A stretch of 64,000 nucleotides of DNA from Paraphysomonas bandaiensis. Taxonomy: Eukaryota > Protista > Chrysophyceae. Below the pieces are notes generated by a model. The model was not told the origin of the DNA and did no database searches. It was given only the letters and a program-made list of their open reading frames with translations. This document shows, piece after piece, positions 1-10,361 of the stretch (position 1 is the stretch's first letter; the number at the start of each line of letters is the position of its first letter). The position numbers were made by a program, and so were the translations under genes. The stretch lies in the NCBI GenBank assembly GCA_965644295.1, contig CBFFRP010000025.1, positions 1 to 64,000 on the forward strand, given 5' to 3'.

Positions 1-545
1 TATAAAATAAAATTTATTATATAGTTTATGTTATGTATAAAGCCAGTGCCATGTAATAGAGTTGTGTGCGGTGATGATGATGGATGGTGGTGTCTGTGGT
101 TATGTTACAATGCCTCAAAATATTTTTCAAAATAATTTATCAAAAAATATTTATTCATTCAAAATATTTTTTCAAAATAATTATCAAAATATCTCTATTC
201 AAAAATATTTTTTCAAAATAATTTATCAAAAAATTTATTCAAAAAATATTTTTTCAAAATAATTTAATTATCTAAATACTTTTCAAAATAATTTATTCTA
301 TCTAAATATTTTTCAAATAATTTATTCTTATTCAAAAATATTTTTTCAAAATAATTTATTCTATTCACTTATTGTTATTACCAATTAAAATTACAAATGG
401 TTTAAAGAGATAATTTAAAAGGCCATGAAAGATGTCAAAAAGAAAAGCAGATGAAGGTTAATAAATAAGAATACAATAATACGTAAATAAACAATAAATA
501 AAATAGTTTTAAAAATATAAAAAATATAAAACAATTTAAAAAATA
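1..545. repeat. Left arm of a long inverted repeat (pairs with ~1608-2235)
   Basis: 1-50 is the reverse complement of ~2186-2235; GGCCATGAAAGATGTCAAAAAGAAAAGCAGATGAAGG (421-457) pairs with ~1699-1736; the AT-rich arrays are mirrored. Confidence 0.9.
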
Positions 546-1581
546 CATTAACTTTTGATTTGTCAGTCACGAATACAGACTCATGAACATAACCCCTAAA
601 TCTTCTCTTTACGCCTCCGTCAATATTAATATTAGGCATTAGGTTTGCTGAAAATATTGGTAACGCATTATGATTAAAATTATGAACTCCATTTTCATAT
701 AATAATTTGCCCTTCATTTCACCTTCACAAAATTTTTTAAATGTTGTTGCATTCATTTTGTCACATTTAGGTTCATTTATCCATACCATTCGTATATATG
801 GCTTTCTATGAAATGATGAAAAGGTTTTATCTGGGTTCTTATTTGACATTGAGAAGGAGTCTTCTTCTAATGTCTCTAAATAGCATTCAATTGCCTTTTC
901 TGTTATTTGCATGATTGTTGATTTTCCATTGCTGCCGACTCCTAATAAAAACAATATCTTTTGTTCTTTTGTTGCTTTTCCTGTAAGTGCTGAACCTAAT
1001 ATATATAAAATAGTTTCTAAGTCTTCTTTTTTCGGGTATATCTTCTTTAGTATATTTCTTATTTTCTCTCGTTGATATTTTGATGACTTTATATAATCGC
1101 GTTTTATATAGTTACATACAAAGTGTTTATTTTGCATTCTTTGTTTAAACTCTAATGTTTTTAAATCAATATAACCATTCTTATAATGTATTTCATAATA
1201 GTCAGCTCCGAATTTTATTTCTTCTTCTTGTAACAACACTGTCAGTTGTGGAAGGTTTTTATTCACATTTGTATTTTCACAAAACTTATTAAACTCTTTT
1301 GTCTTTTGAAGTTCTATTAACTGTCTTTGCTCTTTGCTCAAGTTATTCAAGGATTCAGTTAAATAATCTGTTATCATTGTAATTAATACACTATCTTTAT
1401 TTTTACATGTTGCATTGTATACAATAAATTTATTGTTATATGTATATAATACACCATTTTGAAAGAAGCAATACTTTTTTAGTTTTGATGTTATTATTTG
1501 GGCTCTTTCATTTGGAGATTTTGAATCAATAAGAATAATGATGTCGTCATATGTTAATAAATCTTGTTTTTCAAAATACAT
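415..1581 (-). CDS. D5-like / SF3 DNA helicase (viral/Polinton type), C-terminally truncated at ~545
   Basis: Walker A GVGSNGKST, Walker B region RMVWINEP, motif C IFSANLMP, and DGGVKRRF; upstream D5-N-like IHYKNGYIDLKT. The last ~43 aa are read from the inverted repeat arm. Confidence 0.85.
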   Translation of the reverse strand: MYFEKQDLLTYDDIIILIDSKSPNERAQIITSKLKKYCFFQNGVLYTYNNKFIVYNATCKNKDSVLITMITDYLTESLNNLSKEQRQLIELQKTKEFNKFCENTNVNKNLPQLTVLLQEEEIKFGADYYEIHYKNGYIDLKTLEFKQRMQNKHFVCNYIKRDYIKSSKYQREKIRNILKKIYPKKEDLETILYILGSALTGKATKEQKILFLLGVGSNGKSTIMQITEKAIECYLETLEEDSFSMSNKNPDKTFSSFHRKPYIRMVWINEPKCDKMNATTFKKFCEGEMKGKLLYENGVHNFNHNALPIFSANLMPNINIDGGVKRRFRGYVHESVFVTDKSKVNVFFKLFYIFYIFKTILFIVYLRIIVFLFINLHLLFFLTSFMAF

Positions 1582-1607
1582 GATATATATAATAATATTA
1601 TATTTTA

Positions 1608-2235
1608 TTTTTTTAAATTGTTTTATATATTTTTTATATATTTTTTAAAACTATTTTGTTTATTGTTTGTTGCGTGTGTGTATTCAACTATTTATTAACC
1701 TTCATCTGCTTTTTCTTTTTGACATCTTTCATGGCCTTTTTAAAATTATCTCTTTAAACCATTTTGCTTTTTAATAATTTTTTAATTGGTAATAACGTAA
1801 AAATTATTTTGAATAGAATAAATTATTTTGATAAATTATTTTGATAAATTATTTTGAAAAAATATTTTGAATAGAATAAATTATTTTGAATAAATATTTT
1901 TGATAAATTATTTTGAAAAAATATTTTGAATAGAATAAATATTTTTGATAAATTATTTTGAAAAAATATTTTGAATAGAATAAATATTTTTGATAAATTA
2001 TTTTGAAAAAATATTTTGAATAGAATAAATATTTTTGATAAATTATTTTGAAAAAATATTTTGAAAAGAAACTGGCATTATGGCACTGGATTTTTATAAC
2101 ATAAACTATATAATAAATTTTACATCATCACGATCATCATCACTGTTACAACACCACCATCATCATCACCACCACAACTGGCATTATGGCACTGGCTTTT
2201 TATAACATAAACTATATAATAAATTTTATTTTATA
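1608..2235. repeat. Right arm of the inverted repeat, with an AT-rich tandem array and a ~50 bp duplication (2071-2121 / 2177-2227)
   Basis: Repeated AAATTATTTTGAAAAAATATTTTGAATAGAAT-type units at ~1800-2065; reverse complement of 1-545. Confidence 0.9.
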
Positions 2236-2511
2236 ACTTTTTCTAATTTTCATAAAAGCCAAAATGCCAGAAAGCCAAAATGCCAAAACTATATTTTTAT
2301 TTTATTATAAGATAATTATTTAATATTATATAAAGTAATTAATTTTTATTTAAAGTATAGTATTATTAATATTATTATATAAGATAATTATTATATTTAA
2401 AGAGAAAAGGAAAGAGTAATAAAACGAAGTTTTATTACGATACGAGAGCCCTTCTGGCTCAGGAAGAATGCCTAAGCGGCTTAGAGCGACCCCTCGGCCC
2501 TCCGCCTCTCT

Positions 2512-2712
2512 GTGTGTGCTGTCCCTGCTGTTGAGGATGTTTTACGCGCCTACGACGCGAGGCCACACTTGGCCAAGATATTTACCTACCAGAATCACTA
2601 TATTCGAAGAGTATATGGAATCTCCAATGTTCAAACCTTCATACGATTCAGACGAAAAGTAGATCCAAATGGAAAGTTCTTAAATAGATTTGTGGAAAAT
2701 TATTTCTTGTAA
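2512..2712 (+). pseudogene. C-terminal fragment of an FAD-linked aldonolactone oxidase (ALO/GULO-type) cut off by the AT-rich element
   Basis: ARPHLAK...FIRFRRKVDPNGKFLNRF resembles the RPHWGK...F..R...DP.G.F.N C-terminus of ALO-type oxidases. No upstream coding sequence in the window. Confidence 0.7.
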
Positions 2713-3226
2713 AAAATGTTGGAGTTTATTTCTTGGTAGAATAGATTATTACAACATCAAGCACTTTTTGATGTGTTAATGCTTAGTAACACTTACTTCT
2801 ATTCACACTTAGTAACACTATATAGTATATAAGAAACTTAGTAACACTTACTTCTATTCACACTTAGTTATTTCTCTGGGAAACTTTCTGGTTAGATCAT
2901 GTTCATATGTGATCTATCAGGGCTGAATGTGTGAATTAGGAAATTGAGAGCAACTGTCAACCATATGTTTTTTTTAGCTGTGTAATATTACTACTTACTA
3001 CGTGTGCAACACGAAGTAACTTAGAGAATGCCCTGTACGATATGAAATTTATAATTTCAGCTTAACACACGCCAATTCTTGAGTTTACTTGGTAAACCGC
3101 TGCCAATATATTATACACACTTATATCTTATATATAGCTTGTCTCACGAAGTCGATTAAAACAAATTCTTCACGACTACAAAGAAATACGAAGCAAACAC
3201 GACTTCAGGTTACCCTTAAAATTATT

Positions 3227-3397
3227 CATATCTTCCTATCATGGATAGAAGTACGGTGGCGTAACAGGTGACAGTGTAAGTAAAATTCATCCATGCTCTA
3301 GCGAATTGTGGATGACAATCTATTCCACGAAAGAAAGAGTTAATAGGAACAGAACAGTAATACTTTTATAGCTGACTCAACAATACTATTGCAATAC
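3227..3397 (+). repeat. 171-bp target-site duplication, left copy (right copy 5068-5238)
   Basis: CATATCTTCCTATC...TATTGCAATAC is repeated at offset 1841, exactly flanking the element. Confidence 0.95.
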
Positions 3398-5067
3398 TAA
3401 TTCTCTGCCCTACGATGGCAAATACAGTCCAACATAAAGTTTCACCCTATTAACCAGCTCCAAGCCCAATGTCTCTATTGAGACCGTGGCTGAGTCACAT
3501 CAGTGTGCCCAGGGCCTTTTACACTCCCTTACTGCTGCATTTTGTTGACCACCACGCTTCCGACAAATTACCTGTCACACCATGTTGTACACGCTCCAAG
3601 CCCCCCTGCCTGGCCTTGCAACCTTCACCCTACTCAACTACTTCAGTTAAACAACGTGCCTGCACCAATGCAGCGCTGACCGCATGCATATGCTATCACC
3701 TAAGGAGACACCTTCGTCTCCTACACGGTTCTCTACGGATACAACCACTTACAGCATGGCTCGTGCGAGCAGATCCACGCAAACGGCCCCCATGTACCTT
3801 CTCTGCAACCCCTGTCTCCTCTCGACACCTCTCCACTGCACAACAGGGCCGTCTCCTGACGACAACCCAGCCCAACCCAACATGGTTTGTCTGTGGTCCA
3901 TCCACCCAGCAGGCTACCCCCTCACCCTGTTCACCTATCACCCCCACAGCCCATCCATCTCATTGGATAGACACTGTATTCCGCATACGGTATACTCGAC
4001 TACTGTACTACTGTGTCCTACAGGATGTATACCATTCCGTGTATACCTCTACTGCTGTTGGACACATCACCATGTCCATGTACCTGTCTACCTGTACTGC
4101 TGGACACATCACCAGCTCTCTCTCTCTGTCCAACACACTCATAACACCACTGCAGTGTCATACACACACACAGTACACTCTACCTCCTCCTAGAAAACCC
4201 CCGGACAAACTATATTCTCTCCCTTCGTCTCTGATACCTTGCCGTCATCTTCCTTCCACACACTCTCTATGCCTCAGTCTGTACCCCCCTGCACCAACAC
4301 AGACACTAACAAGAGCAGCTGAGGACGTCCGAGTGTCTCCTCCAGACCATCATCATCATCACGATCATCTCGTGCATAGGTCTATCAGAGTACTCGACCT
4401 CAGTGACTCTTGTTCTGTTGCGCAGTCTCACTCTCCTCAATCAGATGTTGCCTCTCTTGCACCATCACACTCCCTCTCGACTCCCTGTAGCTGGACACAC
4501 CGGATGACCCTCACATCCCACCCCTGTACAGCTATACACCCTCTTGCATGTGTTCTCTACCGCTGGCTAAGACAGCAAAAGAGCCGATTTCGACGCTTCT
4601 TCACAGTAGGCCATAACCTTTTGCAAGACCTTCATCCACATACCTCCGAGCCACTTGGAACAATGCCTAAAGGAAGGCCACCAGATCGCCAATCTCAGAA
4701 GGGCATATTACTGTTTCCCCTAACTGCCATAAGGCTAATAAGTCAGTCCCCGTGAGGTACATAAGGCTATCTATCATATAGCGAGTGGAGTCTCATCCCA
4801 AGAGGAGACCTCCAGATCACACGCGCCGGTGAGTCCCAGGACACACGATCATGGCGAGCCTCATAACACACACTAAGAACGGAAGTGGTTGCACCTTGGT
4901 GCTTGCGGCGACGCACAAGCAGCTTCTGTAGCGTTAAATAGTAGGATAAAAGAGTTTGTATTGATTAGTTACGGGTAGTAGTCTAACTAGTATGACTAGC
5001 ATTCTTCTAGCCACTAATTGGTGCAGGCTTTCAACGCCTATTGCTAAATAATCAGACATTCAATATA
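3398..5067 (+). mobile_element. Non-autonomous chimeric/deleted derivative of the LINE at 47931-57340
   Basis: 3398-~4212 matches the reverse complement of 57322-~56424 (same first bases TAATTCTCTGCCCTACG); ~4786-5067 matches the reverse complement of ~48212-47935. No RT or endonuclease. Confidence 0.92.
3469..4755 (+). CDS. Open ORF of the non-autonomous element (shares its N-terminal ~245 aa with LINE ORF1; contains PKGRPPD)
   Basis: 428 codons open from the same ATG as ORF1, across the chimeric junction. No recognisable domain. Confidence 0.45.
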   Translation: MSLLRPWLSHISVPRAFYTPLLLHFVDHHASDKLPVTPCCTRSKPPCLALQPSPYSTTSVKQRACTNAALTACICYHLRRHLRLLHGSLRIQPLTAWLVRADPRKRPPCTFSATPVSSRHLSTAQQGRLLTTTQPNPTWFVCGPSTQQATPSPCSPITPTAHPSHWIDTVFRIRYTRLLYYCVLQDVYHSVYTSTAVGHITMSMYLSTCTAGHITSSLSLSNTLITPLQCHTHTQYTLPPPRKPPDKLYSLPSSLIPCRHLPSTHSLCLSLYPPAPTQTLTRAAEDVRVSPPDHHHHHDHLVHRSIRVLDLSDSCSVAQSHSPQSDVASLAPSHSLSTPCSWTHRMTLTSHPCTAIHPLACVLYRWLRQQKSRFRRFFTVGHNLLQDLHPHTSEPLGTMPKGRPPDRQSQKGILLFPLTAIRLISQSP

Positions 5068-5238
5068 CATATCTTCCTATCATGGATAGAAGTACGGTGG
5101 CGTAACAGGTGACAGTGTAAGTAAAATTCATCCATGCTCTAGCGAATTGTGGATGACAATCTATTCCACGAAAGAAAGAGTTAATAGGAACAGAACAGTA
5201 ATACTTTTATAGCTGACTCAACAATACTATTGCAATAC
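5068..5238 (+). repeat. 171-bp target-site duplication, right copy
   Basis: Matches 3227-3397 by eye. Confidence 0.95.
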
Positions 5239-5475
5239 ATATAGTGAGCATGAATACAAACATGCCTAAATTTATCTTAACAAGGAATGCTGCATTTACG
5301 AACACAGTGCTATATTATTATCATTATTATCGTTTGTATACACCGCTACTTAACAAACAATTTGAAAAGAGCGGTGGCAAGAGAGATATGTAGCTTCCTG
5401 ACAGCTTTATATCTATTTCGTTACACCGACACTCAGATCAGAGTGACGAAACCAACAAGATCGAGCGCAATAAAA

Positions 5476-6927
5476 TCAATAAAAATTCGACTCAATTTCC
5501 AAGCAATCTTCATCTGAATTCGAATCATTTATAGTCTCCTCCTCTGTGTCGGGTTCCACATCTGCTTCTACTTCGGAAGACAAGCTCACTGTGCTGCGGA
5601 CATTGGGGAGTAGACGCTTGCCCACCATCTTGGGAACAGATAGAGGAAGCTTGCACAAAGCACCATGATCCCGTAGAAGTTCCTCCATACGGTCCAGACC
5701 AGCTGAAATATTCTCCACGCACGGCCCGAAAGACAGACGAATCCACCCGTTGAATGCGCTCACACCAGTCCGTTTACCCCCCGGGTTGATGTCGAAAAAT
5801 TTTCCCGGCCCAACAATTATCTTTTTCTCCAACGCCGCGTTGAAGAATCCCATACAAGTATTGAGGGGTGCAGGTAAGCCATCCAAACAGCACCACATAT
5901 AGAAGGTGGCACTACAGGGCATGCACCGGAAACCCATACTGGTGAGGCGAGAATGCATTAAGTTCCGTTTCTGGATAAATGTGTCACGCAGTGCACGAGT
6001 TTCCAACTGCATATAATCAGCGTCCAGTGCCTTGAGCGCCATGCGCTGAGAAACCGTACTCGGTCCACCATCTAGAGCACTTCCAGCACAACCAATGCTC
6101 TTGATGATCTCAGGGGGGCCCAGGGCCCAAGCAAGACGCCAGCCTGGATACCTGAAGCTTTTTGTCATTCCATCAATTACAAGAACGGGGTCAGTGTTCG
6201 GATCCACAACGTGCTGAGCTGCTGAAACGCCCCCACAATCAACTCCATTTTCACTGTCCTTATAAATAAAATGCGAGTAGAATTCGTCCATTACCAAGAG
6301 ACAGTCAGTCGAGCGCGCTGTCTGACAATAAGAGGACAGATCACTTCCCTCGATTACGTGACCAGTTGGATTACAAGGATTGCTACACATAAAGGAATCT
6401 AAATCTTGCGCAACTTCCCCGAAACGTTCAGGAGTTACAGCGAAAGATGTATCCTCTTCTGTTGGAATGTGTACTGGCTCGAGGTCTCGGTGAGCTGAGT
6501 CAAACAACTCCTGATATCCAGCATAGTCAGGAGTTTGATACCCCATACGGCCTTGGAGAACACGAAAGAGGCGGCTGAGCATTAACCTTCCACCTTGGGC
6601 AATAGCCACATTCTCAGCAGTGTATGGCTTCTTACCAGTGCGGTACAGGCGATTGTAGTGATCAGCAACCGCCTGTCTCATCTCAAGAGTGCCATTCACA
6701 GGGCCGTATCCAAAGTCAGAGGAATCAACATTCACAGAATGGATTCTCTCCGGCCCGCACTCCATCTTCTCGGTCTCAGGTTGACCTTTTCCAAAATTGC
6801 ACCATTCAGGATCAGAGGGCGAGAAGCCTCTCTTCTCAGCCTCGGCAATTACCCATACCATGCCCATGTAGTCGACGCTACGGATGGGCGACTTCTTTCT
6901 AAGAGAATTTCTTCTACTAGATGGCAT
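5476..6927 (-). CDS. PLP-dependent aminotransferase, class I/II (aspartate aminotransferase-like)
   Basis: SNPCNPTG, VMDEFY, PLP-lysine motif DGMTKSFRYPGWRLAW, and WIRLSF. Confidence 0.92.
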   Translation of the reverse strand: MPSSRRNSLRKKSPIRSVDYMGMVWVIAEAEKRGFSPSDPEWCNFGKGQPETEKMECGPERIHSVNVDSSDFGYGPVNGTLEMRQAVADHYNRLYRTGKKPYTAENVAIAQGGRLMLSRLFRVLQGRMGYQTPDYAGYQELFDSAHRDLEPVHIPTEEDTSFAVTPERFGEVAQDLDSFMCSNPCNPTGHVIEGSDLSSYCQTARSTDCLLVMDEFYSHFIYKDSENGVDCGGVSAAQHVVDPNTDPVLVIDGMTKSFRYPGWRLAWALGPPEIIKSIGCAGSALDGGPSTVSQRMALKALDADYMQLETRALRDTFIQKRNLMHSRLTSMGFRCMPCSATFYMWCCLDGLPAPLNTCMGFFNAALEKKIIVGPGKFFDINPGGKRTGVSAFNGWIRLSFGPCVENISAGLDRMEELLRDHGALCKLPLSVPKMVGKRLLPNVRSTVSLSSEVEADVEPDTEEETINDSNSDEDCLEIESNFY

Positions 6928-7583
6928 GTTTTTGAGAGCTCGTTAAGATTGGTAAAGCAAGATTGCAGATTTTTCTTCATTAAAGAGTGGCGCTGTTGTC
7001 AACCTAGCCACTACAACTCTTTAAAATTGTGATCTACTTGAGAAGATGTTTCTCCATATGATAAAATTTCGACCAGAGTCTGGAAAAAAGATCGTCATCA
7101 CACGACCACTTATTCCAACGGAATTTGATATCGCGGCGCGAGATGATTGGATAATAATTGTTCTGTCCGTGGTACGGAGTCTATTAATTCAAATATTTTT
7201 GTCGATTGTCAAATGTGTGTAAAATTCAAAGTAATAGTATTATCCAACCATACACAGTATAACAGTAATGAGAGGATATGATTTGTTTACAGCTATTTTT
7301 CTGGATACTTGAGGAGATCCTTATTCTAAAAATCAGTATAGCAGGAGACAGAAACCAAGGTTTTCTATATATAAAAAAAAGTGTTATTTGCTGTATGTCC
7401 TGCTGTAGGTTGACACACAGCAAAAACAATATCTGGCCCTGGTGTGGACACCGAGCTGTGAGACTAGATACCAAGGGCAGAATTAAGATCTCTATGTGTG
7501 CCCATAGTCATATATGACTTAGCGATATTGATTTTACTTAGACGTTATAATTTCATTCATCAGAAACTATTAACAACTTTATA

Positions 7584-8315
7584 ATGAAGAGAACAGCCCA
7601 CGGCATGAGCAATTTGATTACAGATCTCCCCGAAGATTCCAAAGCAATGAGGAGTCATTACTGTATTTCGCCTGGACAAACAAGTCATTCCAAATCATTT
7701 TGGCAGCAAGGGGTTCAATTATCCAGCTCTGAGGAATCCGTATCGGACTACTGTGGCAATGATTGTTGGGATGACAGTGACTACAAGTTTACAGACACAA
7801 GAGAATCACTATATACTCCTGAGTTTATACGCTACGTTGCACTTCATATTTTCAAGAATCTTCCACACAAGTACCCAAGCTTGGCGGATGTCTCTTTTGA
7901 TGATGTAAGAGCATTTGTTGAAGCTAATGGACAAGGGCCTAGTACGTTGCCCGGGACACCTACATCCCCCCGCAATTTCTATGATCTTTCACAGCCATCT
8001 CCTGCACGTAATATAAGTATACCGATGATGCCTTACGCGCAACTTACGTCTCCTATACGTGCCCCTCATTCCAGTCACTGGAATACCTCTCCAATGCCTT
8101 CCTGTCCACCGGTTCCCTTCGGACTACAACCCTCCCCGGTTACAAGTAAACAATCTTCCTCCAATGTCTTTGACTTTTCATGTGAAGACATATTGGATGA
8201 GGATACTCTTTGTACTATTCTTTCATTAGACGATACCAACACCTCTACCAACACGTCTTGCTTTGATGCATTCGTGCCTGACTTTGATATTGAGGAAATG
8301 GACATGCCTCTGTAG
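7584..8315 (+). CDS. Hypothetical Ser/Pro-rich protein with an acidic C-terminus
   Basis: 243-aa ATG-initiated ORF with coding-like composition; no motif recognised. Confidence 0.6.
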   Translation: MKRTAHGMSNLITDLPEDSKAMRSHYCISPGQTSHSKSFWQQGVQLSSSEESVSDYCGNDCWDDSDYKFTDTRESLYTPEFIRYVALHIFKNLPHKYPSLADVSFDDVRAFVEANGQGPSTLPGTPTSPRNFYDLSQPSPARNISIPMMPYAQLTSPIRAPHSSHWNTSPMPSCPPVPFGLQPSPVTSKQSSSNVFDFSCEDILDEDTLCTILSLDDTNTSTNTSCFDAFVPDFDIEEMDMPL

Positions 8316-8842
8316 TCTTCTGCCATATTTGTACCGTTATCTATAATATGTAGTACCTTTTGTTTTTTAATATCATTTGATGGTCACGGTACGCGTCAGT
8401 GACTTTTCTCAGTTGACTATGTGCTTCCATACCTTTCTATTTTAGTAGTTTTGTGTACCACGTAAATATAATTAAATTGTAAACTAATTCATGTTTACAC
8501 GCTTGAATGTTGAATTAGATCATAGGGTACATTTGTAGTTACTTATACACCACAGGTTTGACTTATACAACGCAGCAATGAGTCACTAAAATAATCAATG
8601 TTATAGATTATAGAGTATATTGAATCTATAAAATGGCTAAATATTGAGGTAATGCGCCAAAATAATTCGAATCTATCCTTAGTGTGCGGCAACAGAAATA
8701 TTGGTTCTACGAATTGTAAAATTAATAAATAGTTAATGCTAGTGACGTGCAAAACAGCTACATTTTACTATTCCTATAATATATCGAAAGTAATACCATC
8801 GTCATAATACACACCCAACAGCTCCGACGAGTCCTAATGTAA

Positions 8843-9769
8843 CTAGAAATAGCAGAGAAGGATAGTGACAAGGAATTGCAAGACAGCAAAGGCTAAAATA
8901 ACAAGGTGACGGGGAGGACCTGAAGAACTGACGGCAGTCGTGGGAACAGCACTGGCTATGCTTTTAAGCATAAAGAAAGCGATTGATACTCCTGCACAAC
9001 GGTCGTAAAAATCAAACACAAGCAAGTGGGCCCACTTACCAATATATATGCACGCTAAGAAATAGATAGTAGATCCAAATATTAGAGATATGGTTGCCAC
9101 ACAGATTCCTACATATTTATACCCCGTGTAGGCAATGAGGTCAAGAAAAGGAAGATTAGCTTGCATCATTCCAAGCCCAAGCTTCATAATACCAGCCTCA
9201 CAGAGCTGGAGGAGAACACAACTCCAAACCGCTTGAATTAATACCTCAGGTGTAAACTTATTACTGGTGCCTTTCACATATCCCACGAGCAAGATATATG
9301 TCACGAAGGCCATAGTCGGTATGTACAAATCAGGGGCGTTGACGTCGTACTTAGGAGGAAGCCACTTGTGCGTCGACACTTGCTCCTAAGAAAATTACAA
9401 AAATCACAAGAGCTCACTATGCACATTTCGGTATGCTTACTTGAGAGTAACTTACGGACATGTCATCTTCACCAACCCTGGCCCAAGTTTTCGTCTGGAA
9501 TGGGAATAATACTATGGGCATTTTCTTCACAACGTAGGTATTACTAACCTGTATGAACAATTAGATCCTAAATCCAAAATGACTTTAACGCAGCTTACCA
9601 TGAAATATATTTTCAAGGAGTTCCAGAAGTTAGACATACCCGGCATGTATATATCCCTCTGTTTTTTAAGCATATTGGATGTTGTCTCAACGCCATAATT
9701 CAGCATTGCAGGGCTGACTTGTGGCATGGAATTCAAAAACTCTGGTGGTTGTTGACCGTAATTGGACAT
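8843..9769 (-). CDS. YIF1: Yif1-family ER-Golgi transport membrane protein (spliced)
   Basis: DVNAPDLYIPTMAFVTYILL, FTPEVL, DLIAYTGYKYV, and LKIYF.V...YV..K; GT-AG introns (e.g. 9598-9549). Confidence 0.92.
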
Positions 9770-10361
9770 GATAACAAGGTGATTTAATTAGGCCGAGATA
9801 AAGACTTAATTGGGGATTAGAGACCCAGGAAAAGCTTCAAGAAAACAAGGGGTACAGTCTAATGAAATCGCAATTAGAGAATGAGCGTTCAGAAGTGTGC
9901 TGCACTAAAGAAGTAGATACACCGCTATGTCATGTATATTTCCTATCTATATATGTGTTCATACGTTCATACACAACTCTAACTTTGCTGCTAAAAGAAC
10001 CTAAAAAGATAGTCAAAACTGAAAAATAGATTGTGGTCTTTCAAGATCCTCTTGATTTGTACTCAAATAAAAAGTAACGCCAAACTGAAAGTGTCAGTTG
10101 CAAATGAACAGTTTCATTTTTTTTAAGGATATAGACTGCTGCTGTATATGTACGTACATGCAGCAGTATCCCTCTCATGTATATACACATACACATATAC
10201 ACACATCCTCTCTACCAAACCGCATTCTAATCACATAGACGTACGCAATACTCTGTAACGCGCGGATACTTAATCCAGCACTTAATAATCAATAACCAAT
10301 GCCTAAATGACCAACACAGTGGTCTCTAAGAAGGTGGAAATTTAATTTTCACATCTTGCAT

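Larger units (their letters stand above)
1..2511. mobile_element. Terminal part of an AT-rich Polinton/Maverick-like or PLV/virophage-like endogenous element
   Basis: Far more AT-rich than the rest of the window. Encodes an intronless D5/SF3 helicase, carries tandem AT-rich repeats, and ends in ...CCTCTCT (2505-2511), after which a host-type coding fragment starts abruptly. Confidence 0.6.

Noticed and set aside
1800-2065. Regular AT-rich repeats as a CRISPR-like array
   Set aside because: Tandem units without unique spacers; eukaryotic context; no cas genes.
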